Of a DNA stretch of 64,000 nt, positions 1 through 10,020 are shown one piece after another. This DNA comes from Pseudomonadota bacterium (GTDB lineage Bacteria > Pseudomonadota > Gammaproteobacteria > Magnimaribacterales > D2472), in NCBI GenBank assembly GCA_028344535.1, contig JAOMBK010000006.1, positions 1,211 to 65,210 on the forward strand, in the 5' to 3' direction. Made by a program: the position numbers and the translations under genes. The notes under the pieces are model-generated. The model worked only from the letters and a program-made list of their open reading frames with translations. It was not told the origin of the DNA and did not search any database. The number at the start of each line of letters is the position of its first letter. The stretch's first letter is position 1.

Positions 1-1788
1 GTCAGCTTTGATGTAAGTAATGTTTTGTTCCGCTAAATATTCTTTTACCTTGTCTCTGGCAAATGCAGTTTTTTCATTGGTTTGGCAGGTAATGCACCAA
101 GCCGCAGTGAAGTTAATTAAATAAGCTTGATCTTGAGCTTGTAAGTCAGATTCTATATCTAAGCTCCATTGTTCAGCAGAGGAATCTGCAACCATTCCAA
201 TGGTGTTTTCAGGTAGGTTGTTAAAAACCTGCACAGCCGCCAGCAGAGTTGCGAGCATACCAATCCATTTCCATCGACCTTTGAATGTAGCAATCATCCA
301 AATCGCAATTCCAAGTATTAACCCAAGCAGCAGCAATAAAATTAGAGCATCGCCTGAGGTTTGTACCATGAAGACCCACATGAGCCAAAGAGCTGTGGCT
401 ATCATGGGAAAAGCAAAGAATTGTTTGAGTGTTTCCATCCAAGCTCCCGGCTGAGGAAGGGCACTAATCCATTCAGGTTTTAAAGCTAACAATAAATATG
501 GTCCTGCAAAACCTAAACCGAGTGCAAGAAAGATTGGCAGTGTTGCGAAGGAGGGCTGTAAGAGGGCATAGCCAATTGCAGCACCCATAAATGGAGCGGT
601 ACAAGGAGATGCAACCACCACTGCCAAAACGCCAGTGAAAAAAGAACCCGAATAGTCATTTCTTGATTGCACAGAGGATCCTAAAGTGGTTAAGCCTGCA
701 GCAAAATTAATATTCGTTAACAGGATGAGACCAATACCCAGCATGATGAGCGTTAAGATTCCAACCACAACAGGAGATTGCAGTTGATAGCCCCATCCAA
801 TCATAGATCCAGTAGACCTGATAATGATTAAGGCTGTAGCAATCGATAAAAATGTGGACATGACTCCACCAACAAATGACAGAGCATGATTTCTTATTTT
901 GCTGTTGTCATCGCCTCCCATGGAGACAAAACTTAAAACTTTAAGAGAAATAACAGGAAATACACAGGGCATTAAATTTAAAATCAAGCCGCCAATTAAA
1001 GCAAATAATATGGCTTGCCACAAAGACATACCAGAAGCAGATTCTAGCTCTTCTTCAATTTGAAATCCTTCGCCATTGATGCTCAAAATACCAGAAATGA
1101 AAGCTGCCTCATCGTTTAAAACAGGAAGAGTTATTTCATAGGAATTATTGCCCAAGTTCACCAATTCCTGAGTGGGTGTATAAGTAAATAAATTATCTTG
1201 TCTTGGGAAAAGATATGCACTGCTTATTGGTTGAGAGGATTTAAATGTTGTTTTTAAATTACCATCTTCAACAATGCTTTGAGTCTGAATAAACTCTGTT
1301 GGCAGATTTTGAATCGCTTCATCCAGCAGAATATTTGGTGTTGCGGATGATAAATCAAGAGTTAAAGAAGCTGTTTCAGGGATGCAAATATCTGCACAAA
1401 TCAAAAAATCAAAATCAACACTAATCGAAGAAAGATCAGCATCAATGGCACGAAACACTTTGAATGGGAAAACAACATCTCCCTCATAGCCGAATGTCAT
1501 TAGGGGTGGGTAGGGAATGGTTACTGGGGTTGGCCATTCAACATTCTCAACAATAACACCTTGAGCAACATTCCATTTTGCTTCAAACGGGCTTCCAGAA
1601 TCACCTGGATTTTCCCAGTAAGTATGCCAACCTTCTTGCATCTCCAGTCGAACACCAACATAAAAAGATTCTTGTTGGGAATCTTGTATATTTGTGATTA
1701 AGCTCGCTTTAGCATGCCCAGTTTCCACAGGGTTAGAGGAACCCAGAATGGAAAGAAAGAGGCTACAAGCCAAGAAGATTTGTTTCAT
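1..1788 (-). CDS. dsbD: Thiol:disulfide interchange protein, DsbD family (3' end runs off window)
   Basis: Manual translation from ATG 1788: MKQIFLACSLFL...GWHTYWENPGDSG; TM-domain LNLMPCVFPV and ASPCTAPFM; thioredoxin NFTAAWCITC near window start. Not in ORF track because truncated. Confidence 0.9.
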   Translation of the reverse strand, partial: MKQIFLACSLFLSILGSSNPVETGHAKASLITNIQDSQQESFYVGVRLEMQEGWHTYWENPGDSGSPFEAKWNVAQGVIVENVEWPTPVTIPYPPLMTFGYEGDVVFPFKVFRAIDADLSSISVDFDFLICADICIPETASLTLDLSSATPNILLDEAIQNLPTEFIQTQSIVEDGNLKTTFKSSQPISSAYLFPRQDNLFTYTPTQELVNLGNNSYEITLPVLNDEAAFISGILSINGEGFQIEEELESASGMSLWQAILFALIGGLILNLMPCVFPVISLKVLSFVSMGGDDNSKIRNHALSFVGGVMSTFLSIATALIIIRSTGSMIGWGYQLQSPVVVGILTLIMLGIGLILLTNINFAAGLTTLGSSVQSRNDYSGSFFTGVLAVVVASPCTAPFMGAAIGYALLQPSFATLPIFLALGLGFAGPYLLLALKPEWISALPQPGAWMETLKQFFAFPMIATALWLMWVFMVQTSGDALILLLLLGLILGIAIWMIATFKGRWKWIGMLATLLAAVQVFNNLPENTIGMVADSSAEQWSLDIESDLQAQDQAYLINFTAAWCITCQTNEKTAFARDKVKEYLAEQNITYIKAD

Positions 1789-1813
1789 GCCTTTTATGTT
1801 AAACCATTGTAAT

Positions 1814-1840
1814 AAAAAAGGGGGGAGCATAAGCTCCCCC
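1814..1840 (-). terminator. Intrinsic terminator after hsp20
   Basis: GGGGGAGC-ttat-GCTCCCCC hairpin followed by T-run on the minus strand. Confidence 0.85.
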
Positions 1841-1857
1841 GATCCAATTTGATTGAC

Positions 1858-2310
1858 TTACTTACTGCCTAGAATTTTAGGAGTTTTGATATCAATCGAA
1901 CGAGGCTTTTGAGCATCCGGAATTATTTTTTCCAAAGCCAGAGTTAACATTCCATTAACTAAATCAGCACCATGAACCTCAACATTTTCAGCTAAAGTAA
2001 ACTGCTGTTTAAAGGCTCTTTGAGCTATGCCTTGATAGACAACCTCATTCGAGTCATTCAAGAGCTCTGCTTTAGGCCCTTTATGCTCTATCGTTAATAC
2101 ACCTTCTGCCAATTCAATGTTGAGGTCTTCTCGCGATAGACCAGCAACAGCAACATCAATAAAGATTCTGTTTTCATCTCTTCGAATGTTGTATGGCGGA
2201 TAGCTTGAAGATCTTTCTGTGGTTTCAGAGAATCTCTGCAATCTATCAAACAGGTTTTCAAAACCTAACACACGAGTGGTTAGGAACGGATCGGTAAAAT
2301 TAAGTACCAT
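1858..2310 (-). CDS. ibpA: Small heat shock protein, Hsp20/IbpA family
   Basis: SSYPPYNI, AVAG, YQGIAQRAFKQQFTLA, NGMLTL alpha-crystallin motifs. Confidence 0.93.
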   Translation of the reverse strand: MVLNFTDPFLTTRVLGFENLFDRLQRFSETTERSSSYPPYNIRRDENRIFIDVAVAGLSREDLNIELAEGVLTIEHKGPKAELLNDSNEVVYQGIAQRAFKQQFTLAENVEVHGADLVNGMLTLALEKIIPDAQKPRSIDIKTPKILGSK

Positions 2311-2394
2311 AATATAGTCCTCCTTAGTAGCGACTAAAAGTGCATACCCAAATGGCGTATGCGGTTAATAAACGTAGACCCAAATGGCATCTAC
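2311..2394 (-). promoter_or_regulatory. ROSE-like RNA thermometer, three hairpins, in the hsp20 5' UTR
   Basis: UAGUCGCU...AAGGAGGACUA pairs a UCGCU motif with the SD; two upstream hairpins share the sequence GCCAUUUGGGU. Confidence 0.75.
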
Positions 2395-2402
2395 AATACT
2401 TA

Positions 2403-2429
2403 CTTAAGTGCTTTTATAAAAAATTCAAG
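2403..2429 (-). promoter_or_regulatory. Putative sigma-32 promoter of hsp20
   Basis: CTTGAA-N13-CACTTAAG just upstream of the leader; -10 is degenerate. Confidence 0.5.
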
Positions 2430-2444
2430 GAAAAGAAGAAAAAA

Positions 2445-3005
2445 TTATTCCTTCCAGTGGGTCACAAATTTATTTACATCAAGTTGAGGTATCTTTTTGT
2501 TGGTTCCTGTGGGAGTGCCAACATATAAATAACCAATTACTTCATGATCAGAAGTTAAATTTAAGTATTCAGCGATTTTCTTGTTGAAGGCAAATTTACC
2601 CGTCCGCCAAATTCCAGCATAGTTTTTTGCATGCAGTGCCAGCAAGATATTTTCTGCTGCTGTCGCTGTCGATAGCATTTGCTCTACTTTAGGAACTTTA
2701 GGATGTTCGCTGATTTGAGTGGCCAAGATGATAATCATGGGTGCTCTAAATGGCGCAGCTTGATACTTTTCCATTTGCAAGGGTGTAACATCCTTCAATT
2801 CATTTACAGCAAACTCTGTAAAAATTTTAGATAATTTATCTAAACCTGCACCCGTCACCTCAATAAAACGCGAGGGTCTCAACCAAGCATGATCAGGAGC
2901 TCGCAGCGCTGCTTGATAAATTTCATGCATCTCATCTTCTGAGGGAATGGGGGTGGTTAATTCACGAGGTGAATTTCGTGTTAAAAGATTGGTTATTGCA
3001 TCCAT
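2445..3005 (-). CDS. Nitroreductase, YdjA-like
   Basis: RNS near N-terminus, RAPDHAWLRP, RAPMII, GIWRTG, IGYLYVG. Confidence 0.88.
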   Translation of the reverse strand: MDAITNLLTRNSPRELTTPIPSEDEMHEIYQAALRAPDHAWLRPSRFIEVTGAGLDKLSKIFTEFAVNELKDVTPLQMEKYQAAPFRAPMIIILATQISEHPKVPKVEQMLSTATAAENILLALHAKNYAGIWRTGKFAFNKKIAEYLNLTSDHEVIGYLYVGTPTGTNKKIPQLDVNKFVTHWKE

Positions 3006-3114
3006 TCTTCTATTCTAATAGATGCAAAATTTTTTTATAAGAAATACTCCAATCTTTTCTGCTATCAGATTACACTTAACCTAGTAAACAATATTTATCT
3101 AAACTAATTTATTT

Positions 3115-3498
3115 ATGGAAATAACACTTTTATACACTTCATTGATTACAATTCTTGCTATTTTTCTTGCTTTTAGAGTTGGGGTCACAAGAGGTAAAAC
3201 TAATACGTTACTTGGAGAGGGTGATTCCTCTGAATTGCTTCAATCTATTAGATCGCACGGCAATTTAATCGAACATGCTCCTTTGGCATTAATGCTTTTA
3301 TTGTTGCTTGAAATGCAAGGTATTGCAGACTGGAAACTGCACTTGCTTGGATCTTCTTTTTTTCTTTTTAGAATTTTACATGCCTACGGACTTTCAATTT
3401 CCAGAGAAAGCACCCCTTATCGTGTTGTCGGAGCATTGGGCTCATGGGTGTTAATGCTAGGAATGAGTGCATATGGCTTATACGTTTATCTTGCCTAA
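3115..3498 (+). CDS. MAPEG family membrane protein (YecN-like)
   Basis: LGEG...IRSHGNLIEHAP...RILHAYG; hydrophobic helices. Confidence 0.88.
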   Translation: MEITLLYTSLITILAIFLAFRVGVTRGKTNTLLGEGDSSELLQSIRSHGNLIEHAPLALMLLLLLEMQGIADWKLHLLGSSFFLFRILHAYGLSISRESTPYRVVGALGSWVLMLGMSAYGLYVYLA

Positions 3499-3538
3499 AG
3501 CTCATGAACTTTTTACATAAATTAAAGTCAAAATTAAT

Positions 3539-3964
3539 ATGATAGATTTTAAAAAATATTTACTCGTCTTTAGCTTAATTATTGCTACGCCTAATCTTTT
3601 AGCAGAAACAGCTGATGATCCTGCGGCTGATCTCATGGGTACAGTTTGGCAACTGGTTAAAAATGGTTCTCAAAGCTCCTCCTTTGGCAGTGGGCAAGTT
3701 GTATATTTTTTATCCAGCGATGCATATCACACCCATAGAAGTAGAAAATTTCAAACCTGGGATACTTTTTCCATGGTAGACGGAAGAAACCTAGTGCGTT
3801 TGAAAAAAAATGAGAGCATTGAGATTGTTGCATCAAAATTCAATGATTCGATATATGAGGTCAAACTTCTTGATGGTTTCTATAAGGGTAAAACTTATTA
3901 TTTGATTGCAGATGAGCTTGAGAAAAATTTTAAACAGGAGATTAAAGATAATGACAGCATCTAA
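3539..3964 (+). CDS. Hypothetical exported protein
   Basis: 141-aa ORF with signal-peptide-like N-terminus (..NLLA/ET); no family recognised. Confidence 0.65.
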   Translation: MIDFKKYLLVFSLIIATPNLLAETADDPAADLMGTVWQLVKNGSQSSSFGSGQVVYFLSSDAYHTHRSRKFQTWDTFSMVDGRNLVRLKKNESIEIVASKFNDSIYEVKLLDGFYKGKTYYLIADELEKNFKQEIKDNDSI

Positions 3965-4415
3965 AAATATTATTAGCATTCTTTTTGCCATGTTTATGGT
4001 GAGTTGTTCCTACAGTTCATTGCGACCTGAGGTGGTTGATCGTTCTGATGCGCAAAGAATGCAGACGGTTATTTTTGCAACGGTTGTTTCAATCGATCGA
4101 GTGATATTATCAGGTGATGGCGATACTGGTGCTGTGGCAGGAGCAATCATTGGTGGCGTTGCAGGCGCTTCAGTAACTGATTCTGAGACTGAATCTGATA
4201 TAGCTGGAGTCTTGGGTGCCTTGGTTGGCTCTGCGGTCGGTTCAAAAATGGGAGATGCGGCAACCAGGAAGCCTGCCATCGAGTTATTATTGGATTTGGA
4301 TTCAGGCAAAACAGTTTCCATTATCCAAGAAGAAGGAGATTATAGTTTTGCTGTTGGTCAACGAGTGAAGATTATAAAAAACAAAGGCAAGTCTAGAGTC
4401 ATGCCTTTGCAATGA
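3951..4415 (+). CDS. slyB: Outer-membrane lipoprotein SlyB / glycine-zipper 2TM
   Basis: Lipobox-like VSC, GAVAGAIIGGVAG zipper, LDSGKTVSIIQ, FAVGQRV; AGGAG before ATG 3951. Confidence 0.8.
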   Translation: MTASKNIISILFAMFMVSCSYSSLRPEVVDRSDAQRMQTVIFATVVSIDRVILSGDGDTGAVAGAIIGGVAGASVTDSETESDIAGVLGALVGSAVGSKMGDAATRKPAIELLLDLDSGKTVSIIQEEGDYSFAVGQRVKIIKNKGKSRVMPLQ

Positions 4416-4852
4416 CTTCGGAAGCTTTCACACTTATATACAACAAAGCCCTGGATTTAGTTTCTAGGCGAGAGCATTCTCGTCACGAGCTTATGCAAAA
4501 GCTCAACAAACGTTTCCCCGAAACACTGCCCATTATCGAAGAAGCGCTGGATAAACTTGTACTAAATAACATTCTTAATGATGAGCGTTTTGCTGAAATA
4601 TATCTTAATTCGAGGGCCAGAAAAGGTTTTGGGCCAAAAAAAATAGAGATGGAATTGTATTCTAAAAAAGTTGACTCAATTTTCATTGGCAATGCCATTG
4701 AGGCTTATGAAAGTTGGATAGAAAATGCTAAAAATGAGCTACAAAAGAAATTTAAAGGCATCCAACCAACTGACTACAAATCGAAGATGAAGCAAAAACA
4801 ATTTCTATTTAACCGGGGATTTAGCGCCCAAATTATTGAGCGGATTTTATAA
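4412..4852 (+). CDS. recX: Regulatory protein RecX
   Basis: ALDLVSRREHSRHEL, LNDERFAE, GFGPKKI, FLFNRGF. Confidence 0.92.
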   Translation: MTSEAFTLIYNKALDLVSRREHSRHELMQKLNKRFPETLPIIEEALDKLVLNNILNDERFAEIYLNSRARKGFGPKKIEMELYSKKVDSIFIGNAIEAYESWIENAKNELQKKFKGIQPTDYKSKMKQKQFLFNRGFSAQIIERIL

Positions 4853-4876
4853 AATCACATGGTATGATTTACTCCT

Positions 4877-6514
4877 ATGTCCTACCAGGTTTTAGCTAGA
4901 AAATATCGACCCTCAACCTTCTCTGAAGTTGTTGGACAAGAGCATATTTTAAAAGCCTTAGAAAACAGTATTAAGCACAATAAACTCCATCAAGCCTATA
5001 TTTTTAGCGGTACCCGAGGGGTAGGCAAAACAACAATTGCCAGAGTTTTTGCCAAATGTCTTAATTGCCAAAAAGGTGACATGCCGCAAGCCGAGCCATG
5101 CAATGAATGTGCGGCTTGTTTGGAAATAAAAGCCGGTCGACATATAGAATTTTTAGAAGTTGATGCTGCATCAAGAACTGGTGTGGATGATATGCGAGAG
5201 CTACTTGAGTCTGTTCAATATAAACCGGCAAATGCTCGTTACAAAATCTATCTCATTGATGAAGTACACATGCTATCTAAAAGCAGTTTTAATGCTTTGT
5301 TAAAAACCTTGGAAGAGCCTCCACCCCATGTAATGTTTTTGATGGCCACTACGGAGGTCGAGAAAGTTCCCAAAACTGTTTTATCTCGTTGTCTGCAATT
5401 GAATCTTAAGATCATTCCAGAAAATCAAATTCGAGATCATGCTCAGTCTTTACTTGATCTGGAGGGAATTAAATATGATGATGAGTCTTTGGCTTTAATC
5501 GCAAGTTCTGCCCAGGGATCTATCCGTGATGGACTAACGCTTTTAGATCAAGCCATTGCTCACGGTAATGGAGTGCTTGAGTCAGATCAAGTGAAAGCAT
5601 TATTAGGAACCATCGATCAATCTTATATTATTGAACTCGTGAATCATGTGGCTGCTTCAGATGGAGATGGAGCCTATTTAGCTTTGAATAAAATCACCGA
5701 GCTGAATGTTGAGTATGAGCAAGTCTTAAAAATTATTATTTCAGTTTTTCATAAAATCTCATTGCACCAACAGCTTCAAGATAGTGAAGATTCGGGCATT
5801 CAACAATTAGCCGATAGCATTGATCCTCAGATTGTTCAATTGCATTATGAGATTGCTTTAAATGCTTTAAGCAAATTCCATGTGCACCCGCATCCAAAGC
5901 AGGCTCTTGAATTATGTATTTTGCGTATGCTTGCCTTTCAGCCTATTTCAGAGGGGGTAGCTCCAAAAATAGAAAAAAAAAATTCTAAATTAGTAGCAGA
6001 AGAGCCCTTAACTCCAAAAAAAAATGTAGTTGAAGTTGAGATTCCAAAACCTGAGTCCAAACCAAAACAAGTCTCAGTTGATGAGGGGTCTGCAGAGGAA
6101 TCAATGACTGTGGAGCCAAGCATTCCATCGGCGCTTGATATGCAAAGTTGGAACTCAATATTCAATTCATTAAATCTATCCATGTTTGTGAGTCAGGTTT
6201 TTTCAGAGTTTGAGTTTGTGAGTTTTACTGATCATGTTTTAACTTTAAAAAAATCGGATGAGCTCATTAATCCAACTGAAGGATTGAAAACAGAATTCTT
6301 AGAAGCTATTTCAGCCCAATTAGGGCATAAAATCTCGCTAATCATAGAAAGTGGAGAGGTCATGGCATCTCCTGCAGCCGTTGAAGTTGAGAGGGTGCAA
6401 AACCAGCTCAATCAAGACAAAGATGCTTTGCTAGAGAATGCAGCTGTAAAAGACATTCTTGATTCATTCGGTGGAAAAATTATTGATGAATCAATCAAGA
6501 AGGTGAGCCCATGA
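4877..6514 (+). CDS. dnaX: DNA polymerase III subunits gamma/tau
   Basis: YQVLARKYRP, Walker A GTRGVGKT, Cys4 Zn module, DEVHML, SRC motif. Confidence 0.97.
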   Translation: MSYQVLARKYRPSTFSEVVGQEHILKALENSIKHNKLHQAYIFSGTRGVGKTTIARVFAKCLNCQKGDMPQAEPCNECAACLEIKAGRHIEFLEVDAASRTGVDDMRELLESVQYKPANARYKIYLIDEVHMLSKSSFNALLKTLEEPPPHVMFLMATTEVEKVPKTVLSRCLQLNLKIIPENQIRDHAQSLLDLEGIKYDDESLALIASSAQGSIRDGLTLLDQAIAHGNGVLESDQVKALLGTIDQSYIIELVNHVAASDGDGAYLALNKITELNVEYEQVLKIIISVFHKISLHQQLQDSEDSGIQQLADSIDPQIVQLHYEIALNALSKFHVHPHPKQALELCILRMLAFQPISEGVAPKIEKKNSKLVAEEPLTPKKNVVEVEIPKPESKPKQVSVDEGSAEESMTVEPSIPSALDMQSWNSIFNSLNLSMFVSQVFSEFEFVSFTDHVLTLKKSDELINPTEGLKTEFLEAISAQLGHKISLIIESGEVMASPAAVEVERVQNQLNQDKDALLENAAVKDILDSFGGKIIDESIKKVSP

Positions 6515-7098
6515 GCAGAGATTTGCTATATGAGCTAATAGAAGCCTTAACTATTTTGCCTGGGGTTGGTAAGAAGTCTGCTCAACGCATGGCATTATTC
6601 TTACTCGATAAAAATAAAGATGGAGCTTTGCATTTAGCTCAAACTCTAGAGGAGTGCTTGGATTCTATTCAACGCTGCGAGGTATGCAGACAATTGACAT
6701 CAGAACCTGTCTGTAGAATTTGCAGTGATGAATCGCGAGATGCATACAGCCTTTGTGTTGTGGAGAGTCCTTCGGATGTCTTGGCTATAGAGTCAACAGG
6801 CGGCTTCAAGGGTAGATACTTTGTTTTAATGGGACGCCTCTCACCAATTGACGGAGTTTCACCTGATGATCTTGGCATCCCGGATTTATTGCGTCATATT
6901 CAAGGCGCAAAGATCGAGGAAGTGATTCTTGCAACAAGTTCAACCGTTGAGGGTGATGCAACAGCATCCTTTATTAATGATCATCTTGAGAGCGTTAAAG
7001 TTTCAAGAATTTCCTATGGTATTCCTATTGGAGGAGAGTTAGAGTATGTCGACGGCAACACTATTGCGCGAGCTATCCAAGGGAGGATTGTAATTTAA
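6511..7098 (+). CDS. recR: Recombination mediator RecR
   Basis: [12 protein letters not shown]4 zinc finger, Toprim [16 protein letters not shown]. Confidence 0.96.
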   Translation: MSRDLLYELIEALTILPGVGKKSAQRMALFLLDKNKDGALHLAQTLEECLDSIQRCEVCRQLTSEPVCRICSDESRDAYSLCVVESPSDVLAIESTGGFKGRYFVLMGRLSPIDGVSPDDLGIPDLLRHIQGAKIEEVILATSSTVEGDATASFINDHLESVKVSRISYGIPIGGELEYVDGNTIARAIQGRIVI

Positions 7099-7667
7099 TG
7101 TCTATCAAACCAGATGTGTGGATAAAACGAATGGCTGAATCTGAAGGGATGATTGAGCCTTTTTCTGAAAATCAGGTGCGAGTTGATGATAAGGGTGAAA
7201 AACTTATCTCATATGGAGTCTCTAGCTTTGGCTATGATGTTCGCTGCGCAAACGAGTTTAAAGTTTTCACCAACATCCACTCAGCAACCGTTGATCCAAA
7301 AGTTTTTGATGATAATAGTTTTGTTGATATAAGTGCAGATGTCTGCATCATTCCACCCAATTCTTTTGCTCTTGCCAGAACAGTTGAGTATTTTCGTATT
7401 CCTAGAAACGTATTAACTATCTGCTTGGGCAAATCAACATATGCGAGATGTGGAATCATCGTTAATGTAACGCCCCTCGAGCCTGAGTGGGAGGGGCACG
7501 TAACTCTAGAATTTTCAAATACCACCAATTTACCAGCAAAAATATATGCAGGTGAGGGTGTTGCTCAAATGATTTTTTTTGAATCAGATGAAGATTGTGA
7601 AGTTAGTTATAAGGACAGGGGTGGAAAATATCAGGGACAAACAGGGGTCACGCTTCCAAAAACCTAA
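7098..7667 (+). CDS. dcd: dCTP deaminase
   Basis: [35 protein letters not shown]. Confidence 0.96.
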   Translation: MSIKPDVWIKRMAESEGMIEPFSENQVRVDDKGEKLISYGVSSFGYDVRCANEFKVFTNIHSATVDPKVFDDNSFVDISADVCIIPPNSFALARTVEYFRIPRNVLTICLGKSTYARCGIIVNVTPLEPEWEGHVTLEFSNTTNLPAKIYAGEGVAQMIFFESDEDCEVSYKDRGGKYQGQTGVTLPKT

Positions 7668-8344
7668 TACAGTTTTTTAAGTTCAAGCATTGTATCCCCA
7701 TCTTGATCCTCATCCTCAACTTTTATAATTAAGTAATCAAGATCTGGGGCTAGAAAGTAGCGCGTGGTTCTATCATCCTGCAGCCTAATTCTTTCTACAA
7801 TGATGCAAGGATAGATAGTGCCATCCACCTCAAAACTTCCATTGTCGACAACCTTGTAGTTGTTTGCTTCAATTGCTCCTGTTTTCAAATCTGGTAGCAG
7901 CAATGAAAATTCTTGAAGATCTGCAATAACATTTTTTCTAATTTGTATTTGGACATTCAATGGATCAAATACGTTTTCGTTTTCTGGTAATGCTTGGCTC
8001 CAATCAAACTTCCCTTTGGAACTTAAAGTTCCTGAAGCCTGATCAAAATTTAAAGTTCTTTTGTCTGAAATCAGAGTCCACTTAACGTCCACATAATATT
8101 TAGTGGAGGTCATGAGATTATTACTTTCAGTGAAATCTGAAATAATTTTTATCCTGCCAAGTGGAAATTTTGCATTAAATTGAATGGTTCTCTTGCCTGC
8201 TTCTTGATGAGTAATAAGCTCTCTTATTCCCTCCATTGAAACTCGTGAATTAGTGAAAACATATTCTCCTTTATAGTCAGGAATTTCTTGTGCTGTTAGG
8301 TCGGCTGAAATTAAAAAAAATAATATTCCAAAATATTTATACAT
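7664..8344 (-). CDS. DUF3108-like exported protein
   Basis: Signal peptide MYKYFG..LTA; DPL motif and [13 protein letters not shown]-terminus; downstream of purN as in Pseudomonadales; start moved to ATG 8344. Confidence 0.7.
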   Translation of the reverse strand: MYKYFGILFFLISADLTAQEIPDYKGEYVFTNSRVSMEGIRELITHQEAGKRTIQFNAKFPLGRIKIISDFTESNNLMTSTKYYVDVKWTLISDKRTLNFDQASGTLSSKGKFDWSQALPENENVFDPLNVQIQIRKNVIADLQEFSLLLPDLKTGAIEANNYKVVDNGSFEVDGTIYPCIIVERIRLQDDRTTRYFLAPDLDYLIIKVEDEDQDGDTMLELKKLY

Positions 8345-8984
8345 TAAAAAACTCCATATGATTTGGCCCGAAATTACTTTCAGCTGCAAATTTCACTTGA
8401 TCACCTTGCAGAGAGATGTATCCTTTCGCTATATCTGCAATGACCTTTGGGTAGATGGCGTGTTCAATTTTATGAATTCGATTAATTAACTTTGCCACAG
8501 ATTGAGCAGGGTCTATCTTTAAAGCACCTTGCGTAATAATAGGCCCACTGTCAAGCTCGTTGCTAACATAATGCACTGATATGCCGTGCATTAAATCTCC
8601 ATTTTCAATTGCCTGTTGATGAGTATTTAGCCCAGGATAATCAGGCAATAAGGAAGGATGAATGTTGATTAATTTTCCACTCAGAGCCTTGGTAAAATCA
8701 TTTGTTAGAATTCTCATAAACCCAGCCAGCACAACCAAATCAGGTTCAATGGGAAGAATCTGCTCTAATAAAGCTAGATCAAATTCTTCTCTCGAGTTGA
8801 AATCTTGATGTTCAATCACTTTACTCATCAAATGAAATTTTTGAGCTCGCTCTAATCCTTTCACGTTAGGCTGATTAGAAATGACCAACTCTATCGAAGC
8901 AGGTATATTTCCAATTTGACAGGCTTTGGCGATGGCTTCTAAATTTGAGCCACCTCCTGAAATCAGAACAACTATTTTTTTCAT
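8337..8984 (-). CDS. purN: Phosphoribosylglycinamide formyltransferase
   Basis: LISGGGSNL, LAGFMRIL, INIHPSLLP, LDSGPII. Confidence 0.97.
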   Translation of the reverse strand: MKKIVVLISGGGSNLEAIAKACQIGNIPASIELVISNQPNVKGLERAQKFHLMSKVIEHQDFNSREEFDLALLEQILPIEPDLVVLAGFMRILTNDFTKALSGKLINIHPSLLPDYPGLNTHQQAIENGDLMHGISVHYVSNELDSGPIITQGALKIDPAQSVAKLINRIHKIEHAIYPKVIADIAKGYISLQGDQVKFAAESNFGPNHMEFFNV

Positions 8985-8986
8985 GA

Positions 8987-10006
8987 TTAATAGTATTGAA
9001 TTTGCTCTTTAAGATCACCTTTGATTATGGAACCAATTTCAAAGGTGCGTAGTTTATGGCTCGACAAGATTTTTTTTGCTTTGGATATTTCTGCTTTGTC
9101 TAAAATACAAACCATCCCAATTCCGCAATTAAATATTCTAAGCATATCTGCTTCTGATATTTTTCCTTTTTCCTGGAGCCACTGAAAAGCTTTAGGAAAT
9201 TTCCACGAAGATAAATTTACATTTGCAATTAATCCGCTTTTAAGAATTCGAGGAATATTTTCTGTCAAACCGCCTCCAGTTATATGTGCCATACCTTTGA
9301 CATGAGTTTTTTTAATTAGTTCTAAGACCGGAGCAGGATACAAATGTGTTGGTTTGAGCAAGGTTTGCATGATTGAATTTGGAGCTTTATTTTTTTTTAG
9401 AATAGAGCGTATTAAAGAGTAACCATTGGAGTGAGGACCGCTTGACTCCACTCCCAACAATATGTGCCCAGGTCTTATCCCTTTACCATCAATCAGATCA
9501 GCTTTTTCCACGACGCCAACAGAAAATCCAGCTAAATCAAAATTATTTTTTGCATAATGGCCAGGCATTTCAGCTGTTTCGCCACCAAGCAGAGCACAGT
9601 TACTTTTCTTACATGCATTCGCTATGCCTTTAACAATTTTTGCGGTGGATTTTGGTTCAAGTGTTGAGGCAGCAAAGTAATCTAGAAAAAACAATGGCTC
9701 AGCGCCGCACGTAACCATATCATTTACACACATAGCAACTAAGTCCTGTCCAGTTAGATGGGTTTTATTGTGAGCCTGGCTAAGTGCAACTTTCGTTCCA
9801 ACTCCATCGGTGCAGCCAACCAACACAGGATTTTTGTATTTAGACCCAAGCTGAAAAAGACCAGCAAAACCTCCAATCCCACCTAAAACTCTTCGATCAT
9901 GAGTTGCATTGACACTTGCTTTAATTGAGTCAACCAGCTCATTACCTTTTTCAATATTTACTCCCGCCTTGGCATAAGGATCTGTAGGTTTTGTTTTACT
10001 AGTCAT
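8987..10006 (-). CDS. purM: AIR synthetase
   Basis: YAKAGV, TDGVGTK, GGETAEMPG, HSNGYSL, AHITGGG. Confidence 0.97.
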   Translation of the reverse strand: MTSKTKPTDPYAKAGVNIEKGNELVDSIKASVNATHDRRVLGGIGGFAGLFQLGSKYKNPVLVGCTDGVGTKVALSQAHNKTHLTGQDLVAMCVNDMVTCGAEPLFFLDYFAASTLEPKSTAKIVKGIANACKKSNCALLGGETAEMPGHYAKNNFDLAGFSVGVVEKADLIDGKGIRPGHILLGVESSGPHSNGYSLIRSILKKNKAPNSIMQTLLKPTHLYPAPVLELIKKTHVKGMAHITGGGLTENIPRILKSGLIANVNLSSWKFPKAFQWLQEKGKISEADMLRIFNCGIGMVCILDKAEISKAKKILSSHKLRTFEIGSIIKGDLKEQIQYY

Positions 10007-10020
10007 TTACAATAAAAAAT

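Noticed and set aside
200-454. Two short ORFs at the window start
   Set aside because: They lie inside the truncated dsbD gene in other frames.
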